64,000 bases of DNA from Actinomycetota bacterium (lineage in GTDB: Bacteria > Actinomycetota > Thermoleophilia > RBG-16-64-13): positions 4,095 to 68,094 of the forward strand of contig JAAYZX010000072.1 in NCBI GenBank assembly GCA_012514635.1, in the 5' to 3' direction. The position numbers and the translations under genes were made by a program. The notes under the pieces were generated by a model. The model worked only from the letters and a program-made list of their open reading frames with translations, searched no databases and had not been told where the DNA came from. Below are positions 17,223 through 25,772 of the stretch, piece by piece; position 1 is the stretch's first letter; the number at the start of each line of letters is the position of its first letter.

Positions 17223-18248
17223 TTATACGTTGAAGCGGAACTCTATGATATCGCCGTCCTGCACCACGTAGTCTTTGCCCTCTAAGCGGAGTGCGCCGGC
17301 GTCACGACAGGCCTTCAAGGAGCCGTGCTGCAGGAAGGTATGATACGCAACAACCTCCGCCCGGATGAATCCACGCTCAATGTCGGAGTGGATAGTACCT
17401 GCCGTCCTCTTGGCGCTTAGACCGCGGTGGAGGGTCCAGGCGCGTACTTCGTCCTCGCCGACGGTGAGGAAGGTGATGAGGCCCATCTGCTTGAAGCAGG
17501 CTTTGGTGACGAGGTCGGCGGCCGGCCCGGGCAGATCCAGGGCGGCCGCAAATTCTTCCTGCTCTTCAGGGGACAAGGTTGCCACTTCTGCTGCGTCGAA
17601 GAAGGGAAAAGCCACGATGGTGCGGCCGGCCGCACCATCGCTAAGAGACTCAGTGATGGTGGCCGCTTCCTCCGCCGTCGCGCCGGACTCCAGATTCAGC
17701 AGCAGTACCTGAGGTGTCTGGGTGAGTAGGTTGTAGGGGGCTATGAAGGCGAGTTCGTCTTGGGGGAAGTCCACCAGTCTCAAGGGCGTCTCTGACTCCA
17801 AGGCTTCCTTGGCTCGGTTCAAAGCGCGGCGGCCCACCTCGCTGAGCTTGGTTTTCTTGGATCGGTCGAAGGCACGCTCAACCGTGATGAGATCACCTAC
17901 CAAAAACTCTTGATCGAGGACGGCCAAATCGCGCGTCGGGTTGGGGGCTTCACCCAGCAGCGGGTTGGCGCAGGCACGCAAGACGTGAAGGAAGACTTGG
18001 GCTCCGGTCAAGGAGATGAGGTATCGTTCCATCTCGCTACGTCGTCCGGTAGCTGCCGGCCAGTGGGCCATACGCACCTTGAACTCGGCAAAGGTGGTCT
18101 TCTTGGGGCGAAAAATTGCGGAGAGACGGCGCACACGGGCATCGCCCACCTTGACGGTGGTGATTGCCCCATCTGCTCTCCCCTCGGATAGTGCCGCCTG
18201 TAGAGTCCGTTTGCCGGCGCCCTTCAAACCTATGGTGCGTGCTTCCAC
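17223..18248 (-). CDS. YchF/Ola1-like protein with conserved C-terminal TGS domain but degenerate G1/P-loop
   Basis: C-terminus GTIHSDIERGFIRAEVVAYHTFL...EGKDYVVQDGDIIEFRFNV matches YchF almost motif for motif. The N-terminal Walker A reads GLKGAGKRT instead of GLPNVGKST. Confidence 0.7.
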   Translation of the reverse strand: MEARTIGLKGAGKRTLQAALSEGRADGAITTVKVGDARVRRLSAIFRPKKTTFAEFKVRMAHWPAATGRRSEMERYLISLTGAQVFLHVLRACANPLLGEAPNPTRDLAVLDQEFLVGDLITVERAFDRSKKTKLSEVGRRALNRAKEALESETPLRLVDFPQDELAFIAPYNLLTQTPQVLLLNLESGATAEEAATITESLSDGAAGRTIVAFPFFDAAEVATLSPEEQEEFAAALDLPGPAADLVTKACFKQMGLITFLTVGEDEVRAWTLHRGLSAKRTAGTIHSDIERGFIRAEVVAYHTFLQHGSLKACRDAGALRLEGKDYVVQDGDIIEFRFNV

Positions 18249-18437
18249 CTGCGCTCCCTTGGCATGCGGTGTTTATCTTGTTAAACGGGGTGCCGCATTA
18301 TACTGCTCCATCATGCATCCACTGTCATTCCTCTGCTCCGCAGCCCATGACGGCGAAGCCTCTCGAGGAGTGATGCGGATTCCTGGTAGCCTATACAGGG
18401 ACACTCTGGTCAAGCATCCGCTGGAAAGAGGGACCTC

Positions 18438-19415
18438 GTGACGCTGGACGAAGTCATCGCCGAACTACGCGAACGCGCCGATAGAAAAGTCATAGCCGGG
18501 ATGTATCGTGTAGGTATCAATCCTCGGGGGACGCTGGGGATCCAGATCCCGGAACTGCAGAAACTGGCGCGCCGTATCGGGACCGATCACGCGCTTGCCT
18601 TGGACCTATGGGCAACCGGGGTACATGAGGCGCGCATACTCGCTGCTATGGTGGATGATCCGGCCCAAGCCACTGAGGAGCAGATGGATCACTGGGCGCA
18701 GGGATTTGACTCCTGGGATGTCTGCGACCAGGTTTGCAAGTATTTGTTCGGTCGATCATCCTTTGCCTACACCAAAGCAAAAGAATGGGCGGGACATGGC
18801 GGCCAGTTCGTCAAACGGGCGTCTTTTGTGCTCATTGCCGATCTCGCTGTAAACGACAAGAAAGCCTCCGACGAGCCCTTCCTAGAGTTCCTGAAGTTGG
18901 CGGAACGCGAAGCCGTTGACGAGCGCAACTATGTCAAGAAGTCCGTGAGCTGGGCGGTGCGGCAGATCGGTAAGCGCAACAATTCTCTGAACAAGGCGGC
19001 ATTAGCGCTCGCCAAGCGCATGAAGGCACAGGGACCGCCTCCGGCGCGCTGGATCGCTTCCGATGTGCTACGCGAACTCTCCAGTGCGGCCGTGCAGGAT
19101 CGGTTGAAAAGGGCGGGCAAAGCCGGTAGGACGGGAGGGCAGAGGAGGCCCAAGAAGAAGGTAGAGAGTGGCGGAAGCGATACGATTGCCGATACCGACG
19201 CGGCACTCGACGCCCGCGCCGAGTTGGAGGGTGGCGAAGCCGCCGGGGCGTCGGAGACGTCCGAACGGCCGCCGGCAACGCGCCGCCGCCGAGGGTCTCG
19301 CGGCGGGCGCAGCCGCAAGGTCGCAGACACCGAGTCCGCCGGTGCAGAACCCACAAGCGTTGATCCCGGCACCGAGTCCGCCGGTGCGGCATCGAATGAG
19401 GAACATACTCCGTGA
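18438..19415 (+). CDS. DNA alkylation repair (AlkD/AlkC-like HEAT-repeat) family protein with a ~110 aa charged low-complexity C-terminal tail
   Basis: N-terminal 210 aa resemble AlkD-family HEAT repeats (LDLWATGVHEARILAAMVDD...SWDVCDQVCKYLFG...KKSVSWAVRQIGKRN). The tail is RRPKKK...RRRRGSRGGRSRK. Stop TGA overlaps the GTG start of the next gene (GTGA). Confidence 0.7.
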   Translation: MTLDEVIAELRERADRKVIAGMYRVGINPRGTLGIQIPELQKLARRIGTDHALALDLWATGVHEARILAAMVDDPAQATEEQMDHWAQGFDSWDVCDQVCKYLFGRSSFAYTKAKEWAGHGGQFVKRASFVLIADLAVNDKKASDEPFLEFLKLAEREAVDERNYVKKSVSWAVRQIGKRNNSLNKAALALAKRMKAQGPPPARWIASDVLRELSSAAVQDRLKRAGKAGRTGGQRRPKKKVESGGSDTIADTDAALDARAELEGGEAAGASETSERPPATRRRRGSRGGRSRKVADTESAGAEPTSVDPGTESAGAASNEEHTP

Positions 19416-21181
19416 GTCTGCTGCGGAGGGCGGAGCCCGACGTCATACTCCTGCATGCCCCCAGCGTCTACGATTTCCGAAAAGAAGCCATCGTCTATGG
19501 GCCGGTGAGTGACCTCATCCCCTCTACTCCGGTTTTTGAGATGTATCCCATCGGTTTCTCTACTATGGCGGCGTATCTCACCGCCCAGGGGAAGAAGGTG
19601 CGGATCATCAACTTGGCCGTGCGCATGTTGCAGGATCCCGCATTCGATGTGGAGGCCTTTCTGGCGCCACTGCAGACAAAACTTTTTGGCATCGACCTAC
19701 ATTGGCTGCCCCACTGCCACGGAGCGGTGGAGATTGCAAAGATTGTGAAGAGACTTCATCCTTCCACACCAATCGTCTTTGGTGGTTTTTCGTCTACCTT
19801 CTATCACGAGGAGCTGATCTCCTATCCTGGCGTGGATTTCGTCATCCGGGGCGATTCGGCGGAGAAACCGCTCCTGTTGTTGTTGGAGGCCATCGAGGCG
19901 ACCGCTGTGGGTGGGAGTGATAGAGACGAGTTGCTGGTGCAGGTGCCCAACCTTACGTGGAAGAGCTCGGCCGGAGAAGTGCGGGTGAATCCGCTGGAGT
20001 ACGTACCTTTGACCATCGATGAGTTCGAGCACGGGTACGAGGAGATGGCACGCTCAGTGGTGAAGTTCCGCGATCTGGCGAGTGTGACACCGTTTCTGGA
20101 CTGGATGGGATATCCCATCATGCCCGTGATGGTGGTGCGAGGCTGCAATTGCCAATGCGTCTTCTGCGGAGGGTCTAACTTCGCCTTCAAAGGCACCATG
20201 CAGCGTGGGGTAAACGCGTATCGCAGTCCAGAGGCATTGGTCCAGGACATGCGCTCCATCGCGCGCATCAGCCGAGGGCCCATCTTCGTCATTGGCGACA
20301 TATACCAGCCGGGCACGCGCTACGCCGAGGAAGTTCTGGCACTGTTGGAGCGCGCACCGGTACGCAACACCGTCATTCTAGAGTTCTTTTTTCCTCCACC
20401 TGCCGACTTCTCCCAGAAAGTGGCTCGAGCGCTGCCTCACCACAGCTACGAGATGTCCATGGAGACCCACGATCCTGCCATTCGGGCCAAAGTGGGGAAA
20501 GGCTATAGCAACGAAGAGCTTGAGGAGAGTGTGGAGACGGCTCTGCGTTATCACGCCGAGCGCTTCGATCTGTACTATATTATTGGGCTTCCTCACCAGA
20601 CACCGGAATCGGTAGAGGCTACCATCGAATATTGCGACTATCTATACGGTCGCCTGAAGGGGGACCCGCGTTTGCGTCTCTTCATCTCGCCCTTGGCTCC
20701 CTTTCTTGACCCCGGTAGCCTGGGTTTCATGCATCCGGAAAAACTCGGTTACCGTCTCATCTGTCGCAGCTTGGAAGATCATCGTCAGGCGTTACTGCAG
20801 CCCAGTTGGAAGTACACGATGAATTATGAAACCGATTGGATGACCCGCGATCAGATGGTGGATTCCACATACCAGGCGGCATTGAAGCTCAATAGAATAA
20901 AGCTGAAGTGGGGGGTGATCTCTGAGTCCGAGGCGGCGACCACGGAAGCCCGCATCCTGCGCGCGGTAGAGGTTATGAAGAAGGTAGATGAGATCGTACA
21001 GGACAATGCGGACCTGGAGGAGCGTCGCCGTCGGCTGCTTGTCCTCAAAGAGGAGGCCGACGGGGCCAGCATTTCCACGGTCTGCGACAAGACCGAGCTC
21101 GAGTGGCGGGCCAGAGGCCTCCTCAAGTTTCACCCCTGGCGGTTGCTGCGCACCGCATTGGGATCGGGGAACAAGAACTGA
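19412..21181 (+). CDS. B12-binding-domain radical SAM protein (class B cobalamin-dependent radical SAM)
   Basis: N-terminal Rossmann-like B12-binding domain (VILLHAPSVYDF...VRIINLAV...IVFGGFSSTFYHEEL). Radical SAM cluster motif VVRGCNCQCVFCGG (CxxxCxxC). Large C-terminal domain. Confidence 0.85.
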   Translation: MSLLRRAEPDVILLHAPSVYDFRKEAIVYGPVSDLIPSTPVFEMYPIGFSTMAAYLTAQGKKVRIINLAVRMLQDPAFDVEAFLAPLQTKLFGIDLHWLPHCHGAVEIAKIVKRLHPSTPIVFGGFSSTFYHEELISYPGVDFVIRGDSAEKPLLLLLEAIEATAVGGSDRDELLVQVPNLTWKSSAGEVRVNPLEYVPLTIDEFEHGYEEMARSVVKFRDLASVTPFLDWMGYPIMPVMVVRGCNCQCVFCGGSNFAFKGTMQRGVNAYRSPEALVQDMRSIARISRGPIFVIGDIYQPGTRYAEEVLALLERAPVRNTVILEFFFPPPADFSQKVARALPHHSYEMSMETHDPAIRAKVGKGYSNEELEESVETALRYHAERFDLYYIIGLPHQTPESVEATIEYCDYLYGRLKGDPRLRLFISPLAPFLDPGSLGFMHPEKLGYRLICRSLEDHRQALLQPSWKYTMNYETDWMTRDQMVDSTYQAALKLNRIKLKWGVISESEAATTEARILRAVEVMKKVDEIVQDNADLEERRRRLLVLKEEADGASISTVCDKTELEWRARGLLKFHPWRLLRTALGSGNKN

Positions 21182-21299
21182 TCCAGGGTTGTGGAGAAAA
21201 AGTGACGGTGGGTGCTATGGTTGCGCTTCGCGCTGTGGTCGCGCTGCGCGTCGTGGTTGCGTAGGGTGCCGGGCCATACCTGCTCCATACGCCAAGATA

Positions 21300-21323
21300 C
21301 AACCTGGGTTGTACAGACAACCC
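21300..21323. promoter_or_regulatory. Overlapping dyad symmetries (CAACC-TG-GGTTG and GGGTTGT-ACAG-ACAACCC) ~75 nt upstream of tag; candidate operator
   Basis: Read directly in the sequence. Confidence 0.3.
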
Positions 21324-21396
21324 TTGCTTCTTCGCCTAGGCTTTGCTGTGCGTCCCCGTAGGGGCGTATGGGTCCAAGTGAGGAGAAGGAGGATGC

Positions 21397-21858
21397 ATGT
21401 TTGATCGACAGCCGTGGATGCAGCGCGCGGGTGACTATCCTCGCACAGATGAAGGCTATTTCGCATTGCTGGCACGGGCGGTCTTCTCGGCGGGATTGGG
21501 GCCCAAGGTGGTGGAGTCACGGTGGCCGGGTCTGGTCGCTGCCTTCCGAGGGTTTGATCCGGTTGCGGTGAGTGAGATGGGAGAGGAGGACGTAGCCACT
21601 CTTCTGACGGATACCTCCGTTATTCGTAATCGTCGGAAAATCGAGGCAGTTGTGGCTAATGCTTTCATTTTCCGGGATGTGCTGGAGGAGCACGGTAGTT
21701 TTCGTCACTATCTGGATTCCATCGGTAGCGGAGAAGACTTCGAGGGTGCAACGCAGGTGTTGGCAGAGCGGTTTCGGCATTTGGGGTCCGCATCGGCGGG
21801 ATTCTTTCTGTACAGTTGTGGGTGGCGTCGTAAGGAGGCCTCGCAATCGGCGGCCTGA
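21397..21858 (+). CDS. tag: DNA-3-methyladenine glycosylase I (Tag family)
   Basis: Alignment by eye to E. coli Tag: EGYFALLARAVFSAGLGPKVV...FRGFDPVAVSEMGEEDVATLLTDTSVIRNRRKIEAVVANA versus LEGQQAGLSWITVL...FHQFDPVKVAAMQEEDVERLVQDAGIIRHRGKIQAIIGNA. Confidence 0.75.
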   Translation: MFDRQPWMQRAGDYPRTDEGYFALLARAVFSAGLGPKVVESRWPGLVAAFRGFDPVAVSEMGEEDVATLLTDTSVIRNRRKIEAVVANAFIFRDVLEEHGSFRHYLDSIGSGEDFEGATQVLAERFRHLGSASAGFFLYSCGWRRKEASQSAA

Positions 21859-21954
21859 CATTGAAAGCTGCCGGACTATGGCGCGGGCGGAATATGCAGC
21901 AGTCAGTTCCCATCCCCGCCTCCGGTCGGGGTACACCGCCCGCTTCGGTACTTG

Positions 21955-22005
21955 CCCACCCCTGTCTGTGGCCTTGGCTTTGGCCGGGCCACAGACAGGG
22001 GTGGG
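21955..22005. repeat. Perfect 19-bp inverted repeat with 13-nt loop (cccacccctgtctgtggcc ... ggccacagacaggggtggg)
   Basis: Read directly in the sequence. Sits between tag and the small gene at 22079, with no downstream U-tract. Confidence 0.6.
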
Positions 22006-22078
22006 GGGCGGATAAAATGAGGGCAGTACGGGTAAATGAAATCCAAGGCGCACGATCCACGAGCCCAAGGAGGATGCC

Positions 22079-22309
22079 ATGGATCCGTTTCGGCTACGGG
22101 AATTCGAGGCGCAGTTGGACTACTGGCTTCAACAGGGCTACCAGATCATGGCAGACGAGGCGGACGGAGAGATACGGCTGACGGTTATCTTCGTTGCCAG
22201 AGCCGGAGATCCCGGCAAAGAGCGTGAGCAGATATTCTGGCCCATGGTTGCTGAAACGGTGGAGATGCTCACGCAGCGAGGTGTGCAAATCAGCCGAGCG
22301 ACCGTTTGA
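22079..22309 (+). CDS. Small hypothetical protein (76 aa)
   Basis: ORF with good RBS AAGGAGG 7 nt upstream of the ATG. No recognisable domain. Confidence 0.4.
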   Translation: MDPFRLREFEAQLDYWLQQGYQIMADEADGEIRLTVIFVARAGDPGKEREQIFWPMVAETVEMLTQRGVQISRATV

Positions 22310-22323
22310 GGTCGGCCGGCATC

Positions 22324-23781
22324 TCAGTTGTTCGATAACGTCGACGGCGCCGGATGGTCTGTGACGAGTGGCCCCTGGTAAAGCGGTAGGCTGACTGTAA
22401 ACGAGGAGCCCACTCCCAGCGTGCTGTCCATTGCTATGACGCCCTGGTGTTGCTCAACGATATGCTTCACGATACTCAGGCCTAGACCGGTTCCTCCGGT
22501 CGCCCGTGAGCGGGCTTTGTCTACACGGTAGAAGCGTTCAAAGATGCGGGTCTGTTCGTTTCTGGGAATGCCTATGCCGGTGTCGCGTACTTCCAGCTTC
22601 ACCAGGTGTTCGTTTTCGTCGACTTCTACCCACATGCTCACGGAGCCTCCCACGTCGGTGAAGCGGATGGCGTTGTCCATAAGATTTTTCACCACAGTGG
22701 AGAGCTGTACCTCGTCCCCCATGACCGTAGCCGGCCTATCTGCTACAAATTCAAAAGTCAAGTCTGCGCGGGCGAGGCGATCATGCGCCTCATCTGCCAC
22801 CGTGCGGGCCACCAGGGTCATGTCGACACGACGGAAATCCGGTGGCAGTGCGGCCTTTCTGCGTTCGAGACTGGCCAGCGTCAGAAGATCGTTTACGAGG
22901 TCTGAAAGGCGACCGATCTCCGCGGACAACCTCTGAGCAAAGTGGGCCGCTTGAACGGGATCTTCTACTACGGCGTGTTGGAGCGTGTCGGCCAACAACT
23001 TGAGCCCGGCCAGCGGTGTTTTGAGCTCATGCGAGACATTTGCTGCGAAATCACGTCTCACCCTGGCCGTGGTGACGCGACTGGTCTCGTCATGGAGGAT
23101 GAGTAACACCTGTCTACCACGGTAGCCGCTGAATGTCGTTGACAATGTCGTGTCTGGTTCCAGCGCAGGGTGGCTCTCGCGTAGAGGGACGAGTTCCACG
23201 GATATGTACCGAGGCCCCGGAAGCTCCAGCTTCTCCAGGAGTGGTTCGGCGGCAACCAGAGCTTTGGCCATCAGTTCGATAGCCGGGAAGCTACGTACCA
23301 CATCCACCACGCGTTTGCCTATGCTCTGCTCGAGCGGGGCATCCAACAACTTGGCGGCGGTGGCGTTGGCGCGCACGATTCGTCCCGTCTCGTCGAGTAC
23401 TAGTACGCCATCGGCCATCACGGCCAGGATCTCGCCCGCCTGTTCCTGTTCTGCGGCGTACAGGGAAGTCCGACTACGCAGTGCTCCCGACACACTGTTG
23501 AGAGACCTGGCAATGTCCGCCAACTCCTCCCCCTCCCAAACACGCACCCGCACTGAGGATTCGCCTTCCGCGATCCGTGAGGCGGCCTGCGTCAGTTCGC
23601 GTAACCGAGCTGCGTGAGTTTTAGCCTGGATATAAGTGATCAGGAGGAAGATCGCGAGCAGCGCTAGACCTGCGCCTATCTTGCCGGTGGTGGACCAATG
23701 GGTAATTCCGAAGACGGCGGCTATGCCGCCCGCCAGTATGGTGGCCAAGAGGGCAAGCCGTGTCCAGGTGGTGATGCTCAT
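22324..23781 (-). CDS. phoR: Sensor histidine kinase (PhoR/SenX3-like; two TM segments, HAMP, HisKA, HATPase)
   Basis: H-box NVSHELKTPLAGLKLLADTL. N, G1 and G2 boxes (NLMDNAIRFT, DTGIGIP, GGTGLGLSIV). Overlaps the response regulator by 4 nt. Sits next to pstSCAB-phoU. Confidence 0.85.
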   Translation of the reverse strand: MSITTWTRLALLATILAGGIAAVFGITHWSTTGKIGAGLALLAIFLLITYIQAKTHAARLRELTQAASRIAEGESSVRVRVWEGEELADIARSLNSVSGALRSRTSLYAAEQEQAGEILAVMADGVLVLDETGRIVRANATAAKLLDAPLEQSIGKRVVDVVRSFPAIELMAKALVAAEPLLEKLELPGPRYISVELVPLRESHPALEPDTTLSTTFSGYRGRQVLLILHDETSRVTTARVRRDFAANVSHELKTPLAGLKLLADTLQHAVVEDPVQAAHFAQRLSAEIGRLSDLVNDLLTLASLERRKAALPPDFRRVDMTLVARTVADEAHDRLARADLTFEFVADRPATVMGDEVQLSTVVKNLMDNAIRFTDVGGSVSMWVEVDENEHLVKLEVRDTGIGIPRNEQTRIFERFYRVDKARSRATGGTGLGLSIVKHIVEQHQGVIAMDSTLGVGSSFTVSLPLYQGPLVTDHPAPSTLSNN

Positions 23782-24506
23782 GATTTGTCTACCAATCGGT
23801 ATCCCACGCCTCGAACCGTCTCGATAATAACAGGAGCCTCTACCATCTCCAGTTTGCGGCGAAGTCGGCGAACGTGCACGTCCAATGTGCGGGAGCCGGG
23901 GAGGTATTTGTGGTGCCAGATGCGCTCCACGATCTCCTCGCGTGGGAAGAGGTGTCCGGGAGCGGAAAGCAGGAGCTCGAGCAGGCCGAATTCCTTGGGC
24001 TTGAGTGAGATTTGACCGGTTGCAGTACGAAGCAGGTGGGCATTGTGGTCGAGAATGTCTATGTCGCGAGACGGTGGGGCCGATGTCGCACCCAACTCGT
24101 CTGATGCGGCCGTGCGTAATCTTGCCCTTATCCTAGCCAATAGCACGTCCATATCGAACGGTTTGGTTACGTAGTCGTCGGCGCCGGCCTCGAAGCCTTC
24201 CAGCACGGTCTCGCGTTCGGTGCGCGCCGTCAGCATGATGATGGGGATGTCCGGTTTGTGTCGTTTCACTTCGCGGCTGACGGCCAGTCCGTCAAGGCCG
24301 GGGAGCATGAGGTCCAGTAGAACGATATCCACTTCAGCAGCCAGTGCGCTCTCCAGGCCGGCGCGGCCTGTCCATTCTTGGCGCACGGCGTAACCGGCGC
24401 GTTTTAAGTTGTACGCCACAAGGTCGGAGATGGTGACATCGTCTTCTACGATGAGAACCGTGTGAACCTTAGTGGTGGGTGTTGGGTCATCCAATATGTA
24501 CGACAT
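23778..24506 (-). CDS. phoP: OmpR-family response regulator (PhoP/PhoB/RegX3-like)
   Basis: Receiver domain (VLIVEDD...DIVLLDLMLPGLDG...MLTAR...DDYVTKPF) plus winged-helix trans_reg_C (LKPKEFGLLELL...RTLDVHVRRLRRKL). Confidence 0.9.
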   Translation of the reverse strand: MSYILDDPTPTTKVHTVLIVEDDVTISDLVAYNLKRAGYAVRQEWTGRAGLESALAAEVDIVLLDLMLPGLDGLAVSREVKRHKPDIPIIMLTARTERETVLEGFEAGADDYVTKPFDMDVLLARIRARLRTAASDELGATSAPPSRDIDILDHNAHLLRTATGQISLKPKEFGLLELLLSAPGHLFPREEIVERIWHHKYLPGSRTLDVHVRRLRRKLEMVEAPVIIETVRGVGYRLVDKS

Positions 24507-24617
24507 CCTTCACAAACGTACCTGTAACCCCACGTTAACATCTTGTTAACAATGGCAGTCCTGCTCGGTGTTAGGCTGCAGATGGTCGTCACTTTGAGTT
24601 AAGCAAGTGTGATCAAT

Positions 24618-24647
24618 AGTAACCAATACAAGAGTAACCGGTACAAG
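24618..24647 (+). promoter_or_regulatory. Tandem 15-nt direct repeats AGTAACCNNTACAAG x2 upstream of pstS; possible Pho-box
   Basis: agtaaccaatacaag immediately followed by agtaaccggtacaag. Response regulators of the OmpR family bind direct repeats. Weakness: very close to the proposed pstS start. Confidence 0.25.
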
Positions 24648-24659
24648 GATGGAGTGTTG

Positions 24660-25772
24660 CTCGTGTGCAGGCGTGCGTTGGTCCTGGTCGTTGTCTTGGC
24701 CGTCACGGTGGGAGTCTTTGGTCTGTTGACCTCAAGGTCTCCGGCGGGGCGTGGGGGCTCATTGGATATCGCTGATTCTTCGTCCTCGCTGCAGGCCATA
24801 GGTTCGTCTTCCTCTCCGCGGACCGGCCTCAACGGTGTAGGTGCTTCTTTCCCGCAACCACTGTATCTGGAGTGGATTGGGGCGTTTCGCGACTTGAACC
24901 AGGGCGTGAAGATCAACTACCAGGGCATGGGTTCCGGTGGTGGTATACAGCAGCTTACGCAGTTGACGGTGGATTTCGGTGCCAGCGATGCTCCCATGAA
25001 TGACGAAGAGATGGCTGCGGCCGAGCAGGCGGCAGGTTCCAGGGTTCTTCACATCCCGGCGGTCTTCGGTGCGGTGGTTGTTTCGTATAACGTAGAGGGA
25101 CTGGAAGATCTTAAACTCGATCCGGATGCTTTAGCAGGCATATTCCTTGGTGATATCACCAGGTGGGACGATGTCGAGATTGCGGTGCTGAATCCCGGCG
25201 TCGCGCTTCCCGATCAGGCCATTCAGGTGGCTCATCGCTCTGATGCATCCGGTACCACCAGCATCTTCACCACCTATCTTTCGCGCATATCCAGTCGCTG
25301 GGACGATACTGTGGGGAAAGGGAAGGAAGTCAAGTGGCCGGTTGGTGTGGGCGGGCAGGGCAATGACGGCGTATCGGCTGTAATCATGCAGCAACCCGGT
25401 ACGCTGGGTTATGTGGAGCTCTCGTACGCCCTGGAGTCGGGACTGCCGGTGGTGGCTTTGAAGAATAAGGCGGGTAACTTCGTTATGCCCAGCCTTGAAT
25501 CCACCTTGGCTGCCGGCCGGGGGGTGGACTTCCCCGACGACCTGCGCTTCGACCTGAGTGATGCTATTGCGGCGGATGCGTATCCTATTGTGGGTGCTAC
25601 CTGGATCTTGGCCTACGAGAAGATGAAGGATCCCGTGAAGGCGGAGGCGCTCAAAGCTTTTCTTAACTGGGCGCTGGAGAACGGCGCGGAGATCGCCGAG
25701 GAGCTTCATTATGCGCCGCTCCCAGAGGGGCTGAAGTCCAGGGCACTGGAGCAGGTCAACAGTATCCACTGA
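24660..25772 (+). CDS. pstS: Phosphate ABC transporter substrate-binding protein PstS; start uncertain (GTG 24651/24660)
   Basis: Signal-peptide-like N-terminus, then PstS motifs (GASFPQPLY..W..FR....VKINYQGMGSGGGIQQ...VDFGASDAPM...SDASGTT). Confidence 0.85.
   Translation, partial: LVCRRALVLVVVLAVTVGVFGLLTSRSPAGRGGSLDIADSSSSLQAIGSSSSPRTGLNGVGASFPQPLYLEWIGAFRDLNQGVKINYQGMGSGGGIQQLTQLTVDFGASDAPMNDEEMAAAEQAAGSRVLHIPAVFGAVVVSYNVEGLEDLKLDPDALAGIFLGDITRWDDVEIAVLNPGVALPDQAIQVAHRSDASGTTSIFTTYLSRISSRWDDTVGKGKEVKWPVGVGGQGNDGVSAVIMQQPGTLGYVELSYALESGLPVVALKNKAGNFVMPSLESTLAAGRGVDFPDDLRFDLSDAIAADAYPIVGATWILAYEKMKDPVKAEALKAFLNWALENGAEIAEELHYAPLPEGLKSRALEQVNSIH

Noticed and set aside
24648-24650. ATG at 24648 as pstS start
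   Set aside because: It is out of frame with the PstS reading frame. In-frame candidates are GTG 24651 and 24660.
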